From the NCBI GenBank assembly GCA_041651455.1, contig JBAZJG010000003.1, positions 83,793 through 147,792 of the forward strand: a stretch of DNA of 64,000 nt. Reading direction: 5' to 3'. This stretch comes from Candidatus Omnitrophota bacterium (GTDB taxonomy: Bacteria; Omnitrophota; Gorgyraeia; Pluralincolimonadales; Pluralincolimonadaceae). The translations under genes were made by a program, and so were the position numbers. The number at the start of each line of letters is the position of its first letter. Within the stretch, counting starts at the first letter, position 1. Below are positions 10,388 through 20,661 of this stretch, piece after piece. The notes under the pieces were generated by a model. That model saw only the letters and a list, made by a program, of their open reading frames with translations, made no database searches and had not been told where the DNA came from.

Positions 10388-10812
10388 TGCGGATACTTGG
10401 CCTTGATGTCGGCGATAGGCGCATCGGCGTTGCGGTAAGCGACCCTCTCGGAATAATAGCGCAGGGTGTCACCGTTATCGAAAGGAAGACCCTCGATGAA
10501 GACCTTAAAGCCATTAAGGACATTATCGTTAAATACGGCGCCGAATCCATTGTAGTGGGCATGCCGATAAATATGGACGGCACGAAAGGAAAGAGCGCCG
10601 ATAAGGTTACGGAGTTCGTCGGAGTGCTCAGCTCATCCGCCGGGATACCGGTGGCCACATACGACGAGAGGTTATCCACGAAGGAAAGCGAGAAGTTCCT
10701 CATCTCCTCCGACGTATCACGCAAGAAAAGAAAGAGCGTAATAGATAAGATCGCCGCACAGCTGATACTTGAATCATACCTTGAGAGGATAAAGAATAAT
10801 GTACGAGCTTGA
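10387..10812 (+). CDS. ruvX: Putative pre-16S rRNA nuclease / Holliday-junction resolvase-like YqgF.
   Basis: MRILGLDVGDRRIGVAVSD… RNase H-like fold signature. ATGA overlap with the manC stop. The track ORF upstream extension is an Arg-rich artefact. Confidence 0.85.
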   Translation: MRILGLDVGDRRIGVAVSDPLGIIAQGVTVIERKTLDEDLKAIKDIIVKYGAESIVVGMPINMDGTKGKSADKVTEFVGVLSSSAGIPVATYDERLSTKESEKFLISSDVSRKKRKSVIDKIAAQLILESYLERIKNNVRA

Positions 10813-12070
10813 TACGCTTGATAACGGGACGCGCTGTTCCGCCAGGAGCCTGCCGGACAGGGATTCGCTTGCTATAGGCGTCTGGCTCGGTGTAGGCGGC
10901 CGTTACGAGCCGGGCAGGATATCCGGAGTGTCCCATTTCATTGAACACCTGCTCTTCAAGGGCACCAGGAAGCGTTCTGCGGAGGACATAAAACAGCAGA
11001 TCGAAGGCCGCGGCGGGGCGATGAACGGATTCACGTCCGAAGAGTTCACCTGCTACCTCGTAAAGGTCCTTAACAGGGACATGGATAACGCGCTCGATAT
11101 ACTTTCGGATATGGTTTTCAACGCTAGGTTATCAGCAGGCGACATATTTAAAGAACGGCATGTAATAAAAGAAGAGATAAAACTTTACGTCGACCTTCCT
11201 AACCACCATGTCCACGACCTGCTCATGGAACTGCTCTGGCCTGGACAGGCTCTCGGCAGGAACCTGGCGGGCACGCTCGATACCGTCTCGTCGATGACAA
11301 GGGCCGATATTACCGGATATAAGGAAAAATATTATAATTCGCGCAATATAGTCATATCCGCGTGCGGGAACCTTGATACACAGGAGTTCTTCTCGAGCTG
11401 CAGGAAGTATTTCGGTCACGCAAAAAAAGGAGACAAGTCCTACTACAGTAAGGCGGCCGAAGCGCAAAGGAAGCCGATGCTGAACGTCCTTTCCAAGAAG
11501 ACCGAACAGGCGCATATGGCCATCGGCATGCGGGCTTTCGGAAGGAATGACCCGGACAGGTACGCGCTGACGCTTTTACACATAATACTGGGCGGAAATA
11601 TGTCAAGCCGGCTGTTCCGCGAGGTCAGGGAGAAGAAGGGGCTTGCGTACGAAATAGGGACTTCCGTAAAAAAACTGCATGATACAGGCGCGTTCATCAT
11701 TTCAGCGGGGCTCGATAACAGGAATATAGCGAAGACGCTGGATATAATAATGAAGGAACTGCGCAGGATAAGGGCTGATTACGTCGGAAAAGGCGAGTTC
11801 GAGAGGGCGCGCGAGTTCTACAGGGGACAGATGCTCCTCGGCCTCGAGGACACGATAGACCAGATGCTCTGGATGGGCGAACATCTCTCCTCGAAAGGCG
11901 AGATTCCGACCCCGCAGGAGGTCGTCCGCAGGATCTCGAGCCTGACACCCGAGGACATAAAGCGTGTCGCGGGAAGGGTCCTTGAAAATTCACGTCTAAA
12001 CATGTCTTTGATAGGAACTATAGATAAGAAGCAGGAAAAGGAGATCTCTAAGGCGCTGGATATCGGGTGA
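10799..12070 (+). CDS. M16-family zinc peptidase (insulinase-like, single chain).
   Basis: Inverted zinc-binding motif HFIEHLLFKGT (HxxEH) plus downstream Glu. 423 aa. Confidence 0.8.
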   Translation: MYELDTLDNGTRCSARSLPDRDSLAIGVWLGVGGRYEPGRISGVSHFIEHLLFKGTRKRSAEDIKQQIEGRGGAMNGFTSEEFTCYLVKVLNRDMDNALDILSDMVFNARLSAGDIFKERHVIKEEIKLYVDLPNHHVHDLLMELLWPGQALGRNLAGTLDTVSSMTRADITGYKEKYYNSRNIVISACGNLDTQEFFSSCRKYFGHAKKGDKSYYSKAAEAQRKPMLNVLSKKTEQAHMAIGMRAFGRNDPDRYALTLLHIILGGNMSSRLFREVREKKGLAYEIGTSVKKLHDTGAFIISAGLDNRNIAKTLDIIMKELRRIRADYVGKGEFERAREFYRGQMLLGLEDTIDQMLWMGEHLSSKGEIPTPQEVVRRISSLTPEDIKRVAGRVLENSRLNMSLIGTIDKKQEKEISKALDIG

Positions 12071-12096
12071 GGGAGCGCATCCAAAGGAGACCTAAA

Positions 12097-13548
12097 ATGG
12101 CGGTAAAGGCAAAACGGCAGGAAAGAGCGATAAAGTTCGGAACAGACGGATGGAGGGGGCTGATCGCGGATGATTTCACGTTCGATAACCTCCGTATAGT
12201 CGCACAGGCGTGTGCGGAATATTTTAACAGCGAGTTCAAGGCGAGGCGCGGTATTATCGTCGGGTACGACACACGCTTCATTTCCGATAAGTTCGCCCAG
12301 GCGGTCGCGGAGGTACTTGCCGGCAACGGCATAAAGGTATACCTGTCCGACAGGCCCTCGCCGACTCCGACGACCAGCTTTAACATCCGGCATATGGGCC
12401 TCAACGGCGGCCTCATAATTACGGCAAGCCATAATCCCGGTCGTTTCAGCGGCCTCAAGATAAAAACACCGCAGGGTTCGCCCGCCGACCAGACCGTAAC
12501 GCATAAGGTCGAATCGTTCCTCTTCAGGAATAAGGTAAAAGCTGTCCCGCTCGCAGAGGCGATAAAGTCCGGCAGGATAGAGGTCATCAACCCGATGCCG
12601 AAATACATCGAGACCGTCAGAAAATACCTCGATCTCGACCTGCTGAGGAACTGCGGACTTAAGGTGTTAGCCGAGGCCATGCACGGGGCCGGTAACAGCT
12701 ACCATGCCGAAGTATTGAAGGGCACTAAAGTGGCAATAGATATCATCAACGCGGAGCCGAACCCGTCCTTCGAAGGATTGAAGCCGGAGCCGCTTCCGCA
12801 CAACATGCCGAAGTTCATGTCGATGATGAAGGAAGGCGAATACGATATCGGCATCGCCACCGACGGAGATGCCGACAGGGTCGGGGCGGCGGCGCCGGGC
12901 GGAAGGTTCATAAACCCCGGGGAGATCATGTGCCTGATAGCGCTGCACTTCATAGAGAACAGGCGCTGGAGGGGAGCCCTCGTAAAGAATATAGCCGGAC
13001 CGATGCTGATGAACAAGATAGCGAAGTATTATAACCTTAAGTTCTTCGAGACACCGGTCGGTTTCAAGCATATAGCCAAGCTGATGCAGACGGACAACGT
13101 GCTTGTCGGCGGAGAGGAGTCCGGCGGCATCGGAGTTAAGAATTATATCCCGGAGAGGGACGGCATCCTCACGGGCCTGCTGCTCGTAGAGATGATGCAA
13201 CAAGAGAAGAAGCCCATCCTCGCGCTTATCGATGACATGGAGAAAAAGTTCGGCAGGTTCAGGTACCACAGGCAGGATGTGGAGATACCGCTGAAGACAA
13301 GGGAGAAGGTCGTCAAAGGGTTATTCGACAGGCTCCAAGGAAAGGGCGCGAATAGTATTTTCAAGCGCAGGATCGTCGATACGAAAACCTACGACGGGCT
13401 GAAATTCATATTTGACGACGAGAGCTGGCTGCTCATCAGGCCGTCCGGCACCGAGCCGATACTGAGGGTATACAGCGAAGCCCATACCGACAAGGAAGCG
13501 AAGGACCTTATAGCTATAGTGGATAAATTGTCGAAAAGCATCAAATAG
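12097..13548 (+). CDS. Alpha-D-phosphohexomutase (phosphoglucomutase/phosphomannomutase family).
   Basis: Active-site Ser loop TASHNPGRFSGLKI and metal-binding DGDADR. The true start is M11 of the track ORF (MAVKAKRQ…), with AAAGGAGA RBS upstream. Confidence 0.85.
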   Translation: MAVKAKRQERAIKFGTDGWRGLIADDFTFDNLRIVAQACAEYFNSEFKARRGIIVGYDTRFISDKFAQAVAEVLAGNGIKVYLSDRPSPTPTTSFNIRHMGLNGGLIITASHNPGRFSGLKIKTPQGSPADQTVTHKVESFLFRNKVKAVPLAEAIKSGRIEVINPMPKYIETVRKYLDLDLLRNCGLKVLAEAMHGAGNSYHAEVLKGTKVAIDIINAEPNPSFEGLKPEPLPHNMPKFMSMMKEGEYDIGIATDGDADRVGAAAPGGRFINPGEIMCLIALHFIENRRWRGALVKNIAGPMLMNKIAKYYNLKFFETPVGFKHIAKLMQTDNVLVGGEESGGIGVKNYIPERDGILTGLLLVEMMQQEKKPILALIDDMEKKFGRFRYHRQDVEIPLKTREKVVKGLFDRLQGKGANSIFKRRIVDTKTYDGLKFIFDDESWLLIRPSGTEPILRVYSEAHTDKEAKDLIAIVDKLSKSIK

Positions 13549-13551
13549 ATA

Positions 13552-15345
13552 ATGGATAAATCCTTAATACGCAATTTTTGCATCATTGCGCATATTGACC
13601 ACGGGAAGTCGACCTTAGCCGACAGGCTGCTTTTGAAGACCGGCGCCATATCCCAGAGGGAGTTCCATGACCAGATGCTCGACGGTATGGACCTCGAGAG
13701 GGAACGCGGGATAACGATCAAGGCAAAAGCGGTTAGGCTTGTCCATAATGACGCTGACGGCAAGGAATATATACTCAACCTGATCGATACTCCCGGGCAC
13801 GTCGATTTTACCTATGAGGTCTCAAAAGCGCTCGCGGCCTGCGAAGGGGCGCTGCTCGTCGTCGATGCGGCGCAGGGCGTCGAAGCCCAGACCGTCGCGA
13901 ACCTCTACCTCGCCCGTGAACATAACCTCGCGATAATACCGATAATAAACAAGATAGACCTCCCCAGCGCCGAACCCGACAGGATAAAACAGCAGCTGAA
14001 AGAGACGCTGCATATAACCGACGCTGACCCTATAATGGCAAGCGCGAAGACGGGAATAGGCGTTGATGAGATCGTCGGCGCCATTATAAACCATATACCG
14101 GCCCCGAAAGGCGAGCCGGATAATCCGCTCCAGGCGCTCGTATTCGATTCCGCTTTCGATACGTTCAAGGGGGTCGTCATATTCATAAGGGTAAAGAACG
14201 GCACCATCCGAAAAGGGATGAAGATAAGGATGATGGGGACCGGCCGCGTATATGACGTTGAAGAAGTCGGCGTATTCAAGCCGTCCCCTGTAGCGGTAGA
14301 CGAGCTTACAAGCGGCGAAGTAGGATATATTACGTGCAATATAAAGGCCCCTAAAGAGATCAACGTAGGGGATACGGTCACTGATTTCAAAAGGCCCGCT
14401 TCGGATGCCCTGCCGGGGTACAAGAAGGTCAGGCCGCTCGTATTCTGCGGCCTTTATCCGGTAAACGCGAAGGATTTCCCGTTCCTCAGGGACGCGCTCG
14501 AGAAGCTTGAATTGAGCGACTCGTCTTTCATATACGAGGTCGAATCCTCGGTCTCCTTCGGGTTCGGCTTCAGGTGCGGGTTCCTCGGCCTGCTCCATAT
14601 GGAGATAGTCCAGGAAAGGCTTGAGAGGGAATACGACCTTAACCTTATAGCTACCACGCCAAGCGTTGTCTATAAGGTAAAAAAGCGGGGCGGAGATGTC
14701 GTCGAGATAGAGAACCCGAGCAAGCTTCCTCCGCCGCAGGAGATCGAGCATATAGAAGAGCCCTACATCCGGGGGTTCATAATAACACCGTCCGACGCGC
14801 TCGGCAACGTAATGCAGTTATGCCAGGAACGCAGGGGGATATACAAATCTACCGAATACCTCGACCCGACCAGGGCCATGCTCGTCTATGAATTCCCATT
14901 ATCCGAGATTATTGTGGATTTTTATGATAAAATAAAATCAATGACTCGCGGTTACGGGTCGCTCGATTACGAATTCAAGGAATACCTCGAGAGCGACCTC
15001 GTGAAACTGGATATACTCATCAACGGAAAACCGTGCGACGCTTTGTCTTTCATAGTCCATAAGGACAGCGCATATATGAAAGGCAACCAGCTCGTGACAA
15101 AGCTGAAAGAGCTCATACCGAGGCAGCTCTTCGAGGTCGCCCTGCAAGCCGCCATCGGGAGCAAGATCATCGCGCGCGAGACCGTCCGTCCTGTCGGAAA
15201 GAACGTCACCGCGAAATGCTACGGCGGTGACATATCCAGGAAGCGCAAATTGTGGGAAAAGCAAAAAGAAGGCAAGAAACGCATGAAGCAGTTCGGCAAG
15301 GTCGAGATACCCCAGGAGGCCTTCATGGCCGTACTGAAGCTCTAA
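13552..15345 (+). CDS. lepA: Elongation factor 4 (translational GTPase LepA).
   Basis: G1 [10 protein letters not shown]3 DTPGHVDF, G4 NKID, and the LepA-specific C-terminal domain. 597 aa. Confidence 0.95.
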   Translation: MDKSLIRNFCIIAHIDHGKSTLADRLLLKTGAISQREFHDQMLDGMDLERERGITIKAKAVRLVHNDADGKEYILNLIDTPGHVDFTYEVSKALAACEGALLVVDAAQGVEAQTVANLYLAREHNLAIIPIINKIDLPSAEPDRIKQQLKETLHITDADPIMASAKTGIGVDEIVGAIINHIPAPKGEPDNPLQALVFDSAFDTFKGVVIFIRVKNGTIRKGMKIRMMGTGRVYDVEEVGVFKPSPVAVDELTSGEVGYITCNIKAPKEINVGDTVTDFKRPASDALPGYKKVRPLVFCGLYPVNAKDFPFLRDALEKLELSDSSFIYEVESSVSFGFGFRCGFLGLLHMEIVQERLEREYDLNLIATTPSVVYKVKKRGGDVVEIENPSKLPPPQEIEHIEEPYIRGFIITPSDALGNVMQLCQERRGIYKSTEYLDPTRAMLVYEFPLSEIIVDFYDKIKSMTRGYGSLDYEFKEYLESDLVKLDILINGKPCDALSFIVHKDSAYMKGNQLVTKLKELIPRQLFEVALQAAIGSKIIARETVRPVGKNVTAKCYGGDISRKRKLWEKQKEGKKRMKQFGKVEIPQEAFMAVLKL

Positions 15346-15354
15346 GGAGATAAA

Positions 15355-15954
15355 ATGGCAAAGGACCAAAAGGTCAAGTCAAAAAAATCATGGGCAAGAG
15401 AACTCGCGGAAATAATAATCACCGCGTTACTGCTGGCATTCGTAATAAAGGTATTCGTTTTTGAGCTTTATAAGATACCGTCGGGCTCAATGATACCTAC
15501 GCTTCTCGTCGGGGACAGGATCGTCGTCGTAAAATACGTTTACGGCCCGAGGCTCCCGTTCGTCAGCATACGCCTTCCCGGCATAAGGGAGCCGAAGATA
15601 GGGGATATCGTCGTCTTCAAATCCCCGGACGACCCGAATAAGTCGTTCATAAAGAGGTACATCGCTGGCGGGGGGGACACGGTCGAGATAAAGAACGGAA
15701 AACTGCTTGTCAACGGCAAGGTAGTCGAAGACCCTCCGGCTTTCAGGCGCGTATACTACTACAACAGGGGAGACTACGGTATCGAGGGCAGGCCGATAAC
15801 CGTGCCTAAGGACAGCTATTTTGTACTCGGGGATAATTCCGCCTCGAGCAAGGACAGCAGGTATTGGGGTTTCGTCCCGAAGAATTACCTTATCGGGAAG
15901 GCCGTGCTGGTCATCATGCCGTTTAACAGGATGCAGCTAATAAACGACAGGTAG
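15355..15954 (+). CDS. lepB: Signal peptidase I.
   Basis: Catalytic Ser box IPSGSMIPTL, Lys box and GDNSASSKDSRYWG. Sits in the conserved lepA-lepB order. Confidence 0.9.
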   Translation: MAKDQKVKSKKSWARELAEIIITALLLAFVIKVFVFELYKIPSGSMIPTLLVGDRIVVVKYVYGPRLPFVSIRLPGIREPKIGDIVVFKSPDDPNKSFIKRYIAGGGDTVEIKNGKLLVNGKVVEDPPAFRRVYYYNRGDYGIEGRPITVPKDSYFVLGDNSASSKDSRYWGFVPKNYLIGKAVLVIMPFNRMQLINDR

Positions 15955-15955
15955 C

Positions 15956-16507
15956 ATGAACATAGCGAACAAGATCACCATACTGAGGGTCCTGCTGACG
16001 CCTTTTTTCGTTGGACTCGCGCTCTATTACCGCCCCGAGAAGGATTACCTGAGGTATATAGCGCTATGCGTCTTCAGCATCGCTGTCCTGACTGACGCGC
16101 TCGACGGATTCCTCGCGCGTTTCCTCAAGCAAAAGACGACGCTCGGTACGATCATGGACCCGATAGCGGACAAGCTGCTGCTCATTACCGCGTTCATCAG
16201 CCTTACCGTCTGGAACGCCAGCATCAAGCTTCCGTTATGGCTTCCCATTATAGTGGTCAGCCGTGATATAATAATCGTGATAGGGGTGCTCGTTATTTTC
16301 CTCGTGCACGGTGACGTCAAGATAGCGCCGAGCCCGCTCGGCAAGATCACGACTTTCCTGCAGATGGCGGCTATCATAAGCGTGCTGCTGCTTTACAGGC
16401 ATTCGGAATATATCTGGAACACCGCGGTCGTCTTTACGGCGCTGTCGGGGATCGACTACATCTTCCGCGGGGCGCGGCTCATGAACGGGGCCGCGGGAAA
16501 GAAATGA
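15956..16507 (+). CDS. pgsA: CDP-alcohol phosphatidyltransferase, likely CDP-diacylglycerol–glycerol-3-phosphate 3-phosphatidyltransferase.
   Basis: D-x2-D-G-x2-A-R…G-x3-D-x3-D motif (DALDGFLAR…DPIADKLL). Multi-pass membrane protein of 183 aa. Confidence 0.8.
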   Translation: MNIANKITILRVLLTPFFVGLALYYRPEKDYLRYIALCVFSIAVLTDALDGFLARFLKQKTTLGTIMDPIADKLLLITAFISLTVWNASIKLPLWLPIIVVSRDIIIVIGVLVIFLVHGDVKIAPSPLGKITTFLQMAAIISVLLLYRHSEYIWNTAVVFTALSGIDYIFRGARLMNGAAGKK

Positions 16508-16508
16508 C

Positions 16509-17126
16509 ATGCCACTCATAATATCGCTTTTCACATGCTACCTGATCGGCTCGATACCTACCAGTTTTCTAGTCGGTAAGTACCTTAAAGGTATCGATAT
16601 AAGGGAGCACGGAAGCGGCAATGTCGGAGCGACCAATACCGCGAGGATCGTAGGTAAAGGGTGGGGATTGCTCGTGCTCGCCGTGGATATCCTAAAGGGT
16701 CTCATATGCGTGACGCTTGTCGCGAAGCTTTTCATGAGGTGGGGCGTCCCGGTCGACGCTAATGTGTATCCGCTCATCCTCGGCTCACTCGCGATCACCG
16801 GCCATATCTGGCCCGTATTCCTGGGCTTTAAGGGCGGCAAGGGGATAGCGACCTCATCCGGAGTTTTTATCGGTGTAGCGCCGAAGGTACTGCTCATCGC
16901 GCTCATTATCTGGATAATAATTTTTATATGGAAGAGGTACGTATCCCTTGCATCCATAATCAGCGCCGTCTCGATACCCCTTATGGCTTCATTCATGGCG
17001 TATCCGTCTGCTTTCGTTATCATAAGTTCGGCTATCTGCGCAGTAACCGTATATAAGCATTACCCCAATATAAAGAGGCTCGTCCGCGGCGAAGAGCACG
17101 CGTTCGAGTTCAAAAAACATGGCTGA
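16509..17126 (+). CDS. plsY: Glycerol-3-phosphate acyltransferase PlsY.
   Basis: GSGNVGATN motif and HIWPVFLGFKGGKG. 205 aa membrane protein. Confidence 0.9.
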   Translation: MPLIISLFTCYLIGSIPTSFLVGKYLKGIDIREHGSGNVGATNTARIVGKGWGLLVLAVDILKGLICVTLVAKLFMRWGVPVDANVYPLILGSLAITGHIWPVFLGFKGGKGIATSSGVFIGVAPKVLLIALIIWIIIFIWKRYVSLASIISAVSIPLMASFMAYPSAFVIISSAICAVTVYKHYPNIKRLVRGEEHAFEFKKHG

Positions 17127-18123
17127 CAACAGGAAAATATCGGTAATAGGCGACGGAGGATGGGGCACTACCCTGGCCATCCTGCTCGGTTCCAAAGGAT
17201 ACAAGGTCGGCCTCTGGGGCGCGTTTCCCGATTATACGGAAAAGATGAGATCTTCCCGGGAGAACGCGAAATTCCTTCCCGGCATAAAGATACCTGATTC
17301 CGTTACGCTGACATCCGTTATCTCGGAAGCCGCGGATTCTGACGTCATAGTGATGGCAGTGCCTTCCCAATACATGCGCAGTGTTGCGGGCATGATGAAG
17401 GGGATACACCCGGGACGAAAGCTGTTCGTCAACGTATCGAAAGGGATAGAGAACGGCAGCCTCATGAGGATGTCCGAAGTCATAACGGACGTTCTCGGGA
17501 AGGTCCGCATCGGCGCGCTCTCCGGCCCGACGATATCTTACGAGGTCGCGAGAGGCCTCCCGACAACTGTTGTGGCTGCATCAGAGGACAGTTCCGCCGC
17601 TGAGGAGATACAGGACCTGTTCATGACCGATAATTTCAGGATATATACCAATACCGACATAACCGGGGTTGAGCTCGGCGGGTCCCTTAAGAACGTGATT
17701 GCGATCGCCGCGGGAATATCTGACGGGTTGGGTTTTGGGGTCAATACGAAGTCAGGCCTGCTCGTGAGGGGTATCGTAGAGATCGCACGCCTCGGTACGG
17801 CAATGGGAGCGAAGCAGGAGACCTTTTACGGCATCAGCGGCCTCGGCGATCTCGTCACGACCTGCGTAAGCAACCACGGCAGGAACAGGTGGTTCGGAGA
17901 AGAGATAGGCAAAGGAAAGACGCCCGGTTCGGTGCTAAAGAGCACCGAGATGGCGGTTGAAGGAGCCGGTACCGCAAGGTCTTGCCGGGAATTGTGCAAA
18001 AAACACGGCATCGAGATGCCGATCGCCGACGAAGTATATAATGTCATCTTTGAGGGAAAGGACCCGAAGACCGCCGTCCATGACCTCATGACCCGCAGGA
18101 AAAAGTCCGAAGACCGCAGGTAA
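17119..18123 (+). CDS. gpsA: NAD(P)H-dependent glycerol-3-phosphate dehydrogenase.
   Basis: Rossmann GDGGWGTTLA N-terminus and GpsA C-terminal domain. Conserved plsY-gpsA adjacency. Confidence 0.9.
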   Translation: MADNRKISVIGDGGWGTTLAILLGSKGYKVGLWGAFPDYTEKMRSSRENAKFLPGIKIPDSVTLTSVISEAADSDVIVMAVPSQYMRSVAGMMKGIHPGRKLFVNVSKGIENGSLMRMSEVITDVLGKVRIGALSGPTISYEVARGLPTTVVAASEDSSAAEEIQDLFMTDNFRIYTNTDITGVELGGSLKNVIAIAAGISDGLGFGVNTKSGLLVRGIVEIARLGTAMGAKQETFYGISGLGDLVTTCVSNHGRNRWFGEEIGKGKTPGSVLKSTEMAVEGAGTARSCRELCKKHGIEMPIADEVYNVIFEGKDPKTAVHDLMTRRKKSEDRR

Positions 18124-18160
18124 ATCTCCCTAATTCTTTCTATACTTTTTTGCCGTGATT

Positions 18161-18169
18161 TGTTATAAT
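18161..18169 (+). promoter_or_regulatory. Extended -10 element (TGtTATAAT), candidate promoter for tRNA-Pro.
   Basis: TGTTATAAT lies about 30 nt upstream of the mature tRNA 5' end. No good -35 is present, which is consistent with an extended -10 promoter. Confidence 0.3.
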
Positions 18170-18199
18170 TAATGCCTATTCGATCAAAAAGCCGGATAT

Positions 18200-18276
18200 C
18201 GGGGCGTGGCTCAGTTTGGTAGAGCACTTGTATGGGGTACAAGTGGTCAGCGGTTCGAGTCCGCTCGCCCCGACCA
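18200..18276 (+). tRNA. tRNA-Pro (anticodon GGG), with CCA encoded.
   Basis: Hand-folded cloverleaf. Acceptor CGGGGCG/CGCCCCG (C1:G72, typical of bacterial tRNA-Pro). D-stem GCTC/GAGC. Anticodon stem CTTGT/ACAAG with loop ATGGGGT (anticodon GGG). T-stem AGCGG/CCGCT with TTCGAGT loop. Discriminator A then CCA. Confidence 0.85.
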
Positions 18277-18300
18277 TCTTTTTTGCGGGAGATAAATGAA

Positions 18301-19593
18301 ATGGAAAAGATCAATGTGGGTATGATAGGCTTCGGCACCGTCGGAGTCGGCGTTGCGCGCGCACTCCTCGAGAAGTCCGCGCATATCGAACGGCTTGTCG
18401 GGGCGCGGGTGGTCCTCAAAGCCATTTGCGACAACGATTTAAGAAGGAAGAGGCCCATAAAGGTGAACCGTAAGATCCTGACCAGCGACATAAACAGGGT
18501 CCTCGGGAATCCCGACATAGACATCGTCGTGGAGCTTGTCGGCGGCATACATCCCGCCAAGGAATTCGTGCTGAAGGCAATAAAGAGCGGCCAGCATGTC
18601 GTGACCGCCAATAAGGCCCTCATAACCGAGCACGGCCAGGAGATATTCGATGCCGCGATGAAAGCCGGCGTGGAGGTCTTTTATGAGGCATCGGTGGGCG
18701 GAGGTATCCCGATAATCAAGGCGCTCAGGGAAGGTCTCGTAGCGAACGAGATCGATACTGTGCTCGGGATAGTCAACGGGACCTCGAATTATATACTCTC
18801 GTGCATGGCGGAGGACGAGCTCAGCTTTTCAGACGCTCTCGAACAGGCGAAGAAAAAAGGGTACGCCGAACGCAACCCTGCGCTTGATATCGAGGGATAC
18901 GACTCGGCGCACAAGCTCGCGATACTTACCCTGCTCGGGTTCGGCAAATTCGTGAGGCTTGAGGATATCTATGTGGAAGGCATCCTCGACATATCACAGA
19001 ACGACATAAGGTATGCCGACGAGTTCGGTTACGCGATCAAGCTTTTGGCGATCGCAAAAAGAAGCGATAACGACATAGAAGTAAGGGTGCACCCTACCCT
19101 TTTGTCGAAAGAGCACCTGCTGGCGAACGTCAACGGCGTCTACAACGCCATCTATGTCCACGGGGACATGGTTGGCGGTACCTTGTTCTACGGCAGGGGC
19201 GCGGGACAGAACCCCGCTGCAAGTTCTGTCGTAGGCGATGTAATCGACCTCGCCCGCAACCTCAGGTTCAACGCGGTCGGCAGGGTACCGATATACATGA
19301 AGAACAAATCGATCAAGAAGATCGTGAAGATAGACGATATCGAGGCGAGTTATTACATAAGGATCTCCTGCATAGATAAGCCGGGCGTCCTCGCAAAGGT
19401 CGCCGGAATACTCGGGCGCCACGGTATCTCGATAGCCAGCGTAGGGCAGAAAGAAAGGCGGAAGGCACGCATCGTGCCTGTCGTCATGATGACCCACGAG
19501 GCAAAAGAGAAGAACATGAGGCAGGCGCTCGAGGAGATCGACAGGATTTCCGCGATAAGGCGAAAGACCGTCGCGATAAGGGTGGAGAGATAA
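18301..19593 (+). CDS. hom: Homoserine dehydrogenase with C-terminal ACT domain.
   Basis: N-terminal Rossmann MIGFGTVGVG, central HSDH catalytic domain and ACT domain. The true start is M24 of the track ORF, whose upstream extension runs across the tRNA. Confidence 0.9.
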   Translation: MEKINVGMIGFGTVGVGVARALLEKSAHIERLVGARVVLKAICDNDLRRKRPIKVNRKILTSDINRVLGNPDIDIVVELVGGIHPAKEFVLKAIKSGQHVVTANKALITEHGQEIFDAAMKAGVEVFYEASVGGGIPIIKALREGLVANEIDTVLGIVNGTSNYILSCMAEDELSFSDALEQAKKKGYAERNPALDIEGYDSAHKLAILTLLGFGKFVRLEDIYVEGILDISQNDIRYADEFGYAIKLLAIAKRSDNDIEVRVHPTLLSKEHLLANVNGVYNAIYVHGDMVGGTLFYGRGAGQNPAASSVVGDVIDLARNLRFNAVGRVPIYMKNKSIKKIVKIDDIEASYYIRISCIDKPGVLAKVAGILGRHGISIASVGQKERRKARIVPVVMMTHEAKEKNMRQALEEIDRISAIRRKTVAIRVER

Positions 19594-19596
19594 AAC

Positions 19597-20661
19597 ATGT
19601 GGCGTGGCCTGATCCATAGGTACGGTAAGTATCTTCCGGTCTCATCCGAGACACCGGTCATCACACTCAACGAAGGCGATACCCCTTTGATATACTCCTG
19701 CCATCTCAGCGAGAAGCTCGGCAAGGGTTATGAGGTATACCTTAAGTTTGACGGCGCAAACCCTACCGGCTCGTTCAAGGACAGGGGCATGACCATGGCC
19801 GTTTCAAAGGCGGTGGAGGAGGGCTCGAAGGCGATAATGTGCGCCTCGACCGGGAACACTTCCGCGTCGGCCGCCGCATACGCCGCCCGCGCCGGCATAA
19901 AATGCATCGTCCTGATCCCCAACGGTAAGATCGCCATCGGAAAACTCGCCCAGGCGCTGATATACGGCGCCGAGGTCCTCGCGGTGGACGGCAACTTCGA
20001 CGAAGCGTTGAACCTCGTAAGGCAGATAACCAACGATTATCCCATAACTTTGGTCAATTCGCTTAACCCTTACAGGATCGAAGGGCAGAAGACCGCCGCG
20101 TTCGAGATATGCGAGGCGCTGGAGGATAACCCGGATTTCCATTTCATTCCGGTCGGAAACGCGGGAAACATAACCGCATACTGGAAGGGATACAAGGAGT
20201 ACAAGGAGTACGGGAAGATAAAAGAACTTCCGAAGATGATGGGATTCCAGGCTGAAGGCGCGGCGCCTATCGTAAGGGGGCATATCGTAGAAAACCCCGA
20301 GACCGTAGCGACCGCGATAAGGATAGGCAACCCCGCAAGCTGGGCGCAGGCTGAGGCCGCCCGCGATGAATCGCACGGGACTATAGATATGGTCTCGGAC
20401 AACGAGATACTCGAGGCCTACAGGCTGCTCGCGGCGAAGGACGGCGTGTTCGCCGAGCCGGCGTCAGCGGCATCGGTTGCAGGCCTGCTGAAGATGATAA
20501 ACAAGGGTTATTTCAGGAAGTCTCCGGACAAGAAGATAAAGATCGTCTGCGTGCTTACCGGCCACGGCCTGAAAGACCCCGACAGGGCCATATCGTTATT
20601 GAGCAAACCGAAGACCGTCAAGGCGGAGATGAAAGCGGTCCTGAAGGCGATCGGCATATGA
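19597..20661 (+). CDS. thrC: Threonine synthase.
   Basis: PLP-Lys motif [14 protein letters not shown]. 354 aa, short-form ThrC. Confidence 0.9.
   Translation: MWRGLIHRYGKYLPVSSETPVITLNEGDTPLIYSCHLSEKLGKGYEVYLKFDGANPTGSFKDRGMTMAVSKAVEEGSKAIMCASTGNTSASAAAYAARAGIKCIVLIPNGKIAIGKLAQALIYGAEVLAVDGNFDEALNLVRQITNDYPITLVNSLNPYRIEGQKTAAFEICEALEDNPDFHFIPVGNAGNITAYWKGYKEYKEYGKIKELPKMMGFQAEGAAPIVRGHIVENPETVATAIRIGNPASWAQAEAARDESHGTIDMVSDNEILEAYRLLAAKDGVFAEPASAASVAGLLKMINKGYFRKSPDKKIKIVCVLTGHGLKDPDRAISLLSKPKTVKAEMKAVLKAIGI

Noticed and set aside
18232-18300. Upstream extension of the hom ORF in the track, running across the tRNA gene. Similar extensions occur for trpA (8377), ruvX (10135), glyQ (57711) and coaX (36023).
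   Set aside because: The extensions have no homology, overlap the tRNA or upstream genes, and lack an RBS. Internal Met codons give canonical N-termini with an RBS or translational coupling.
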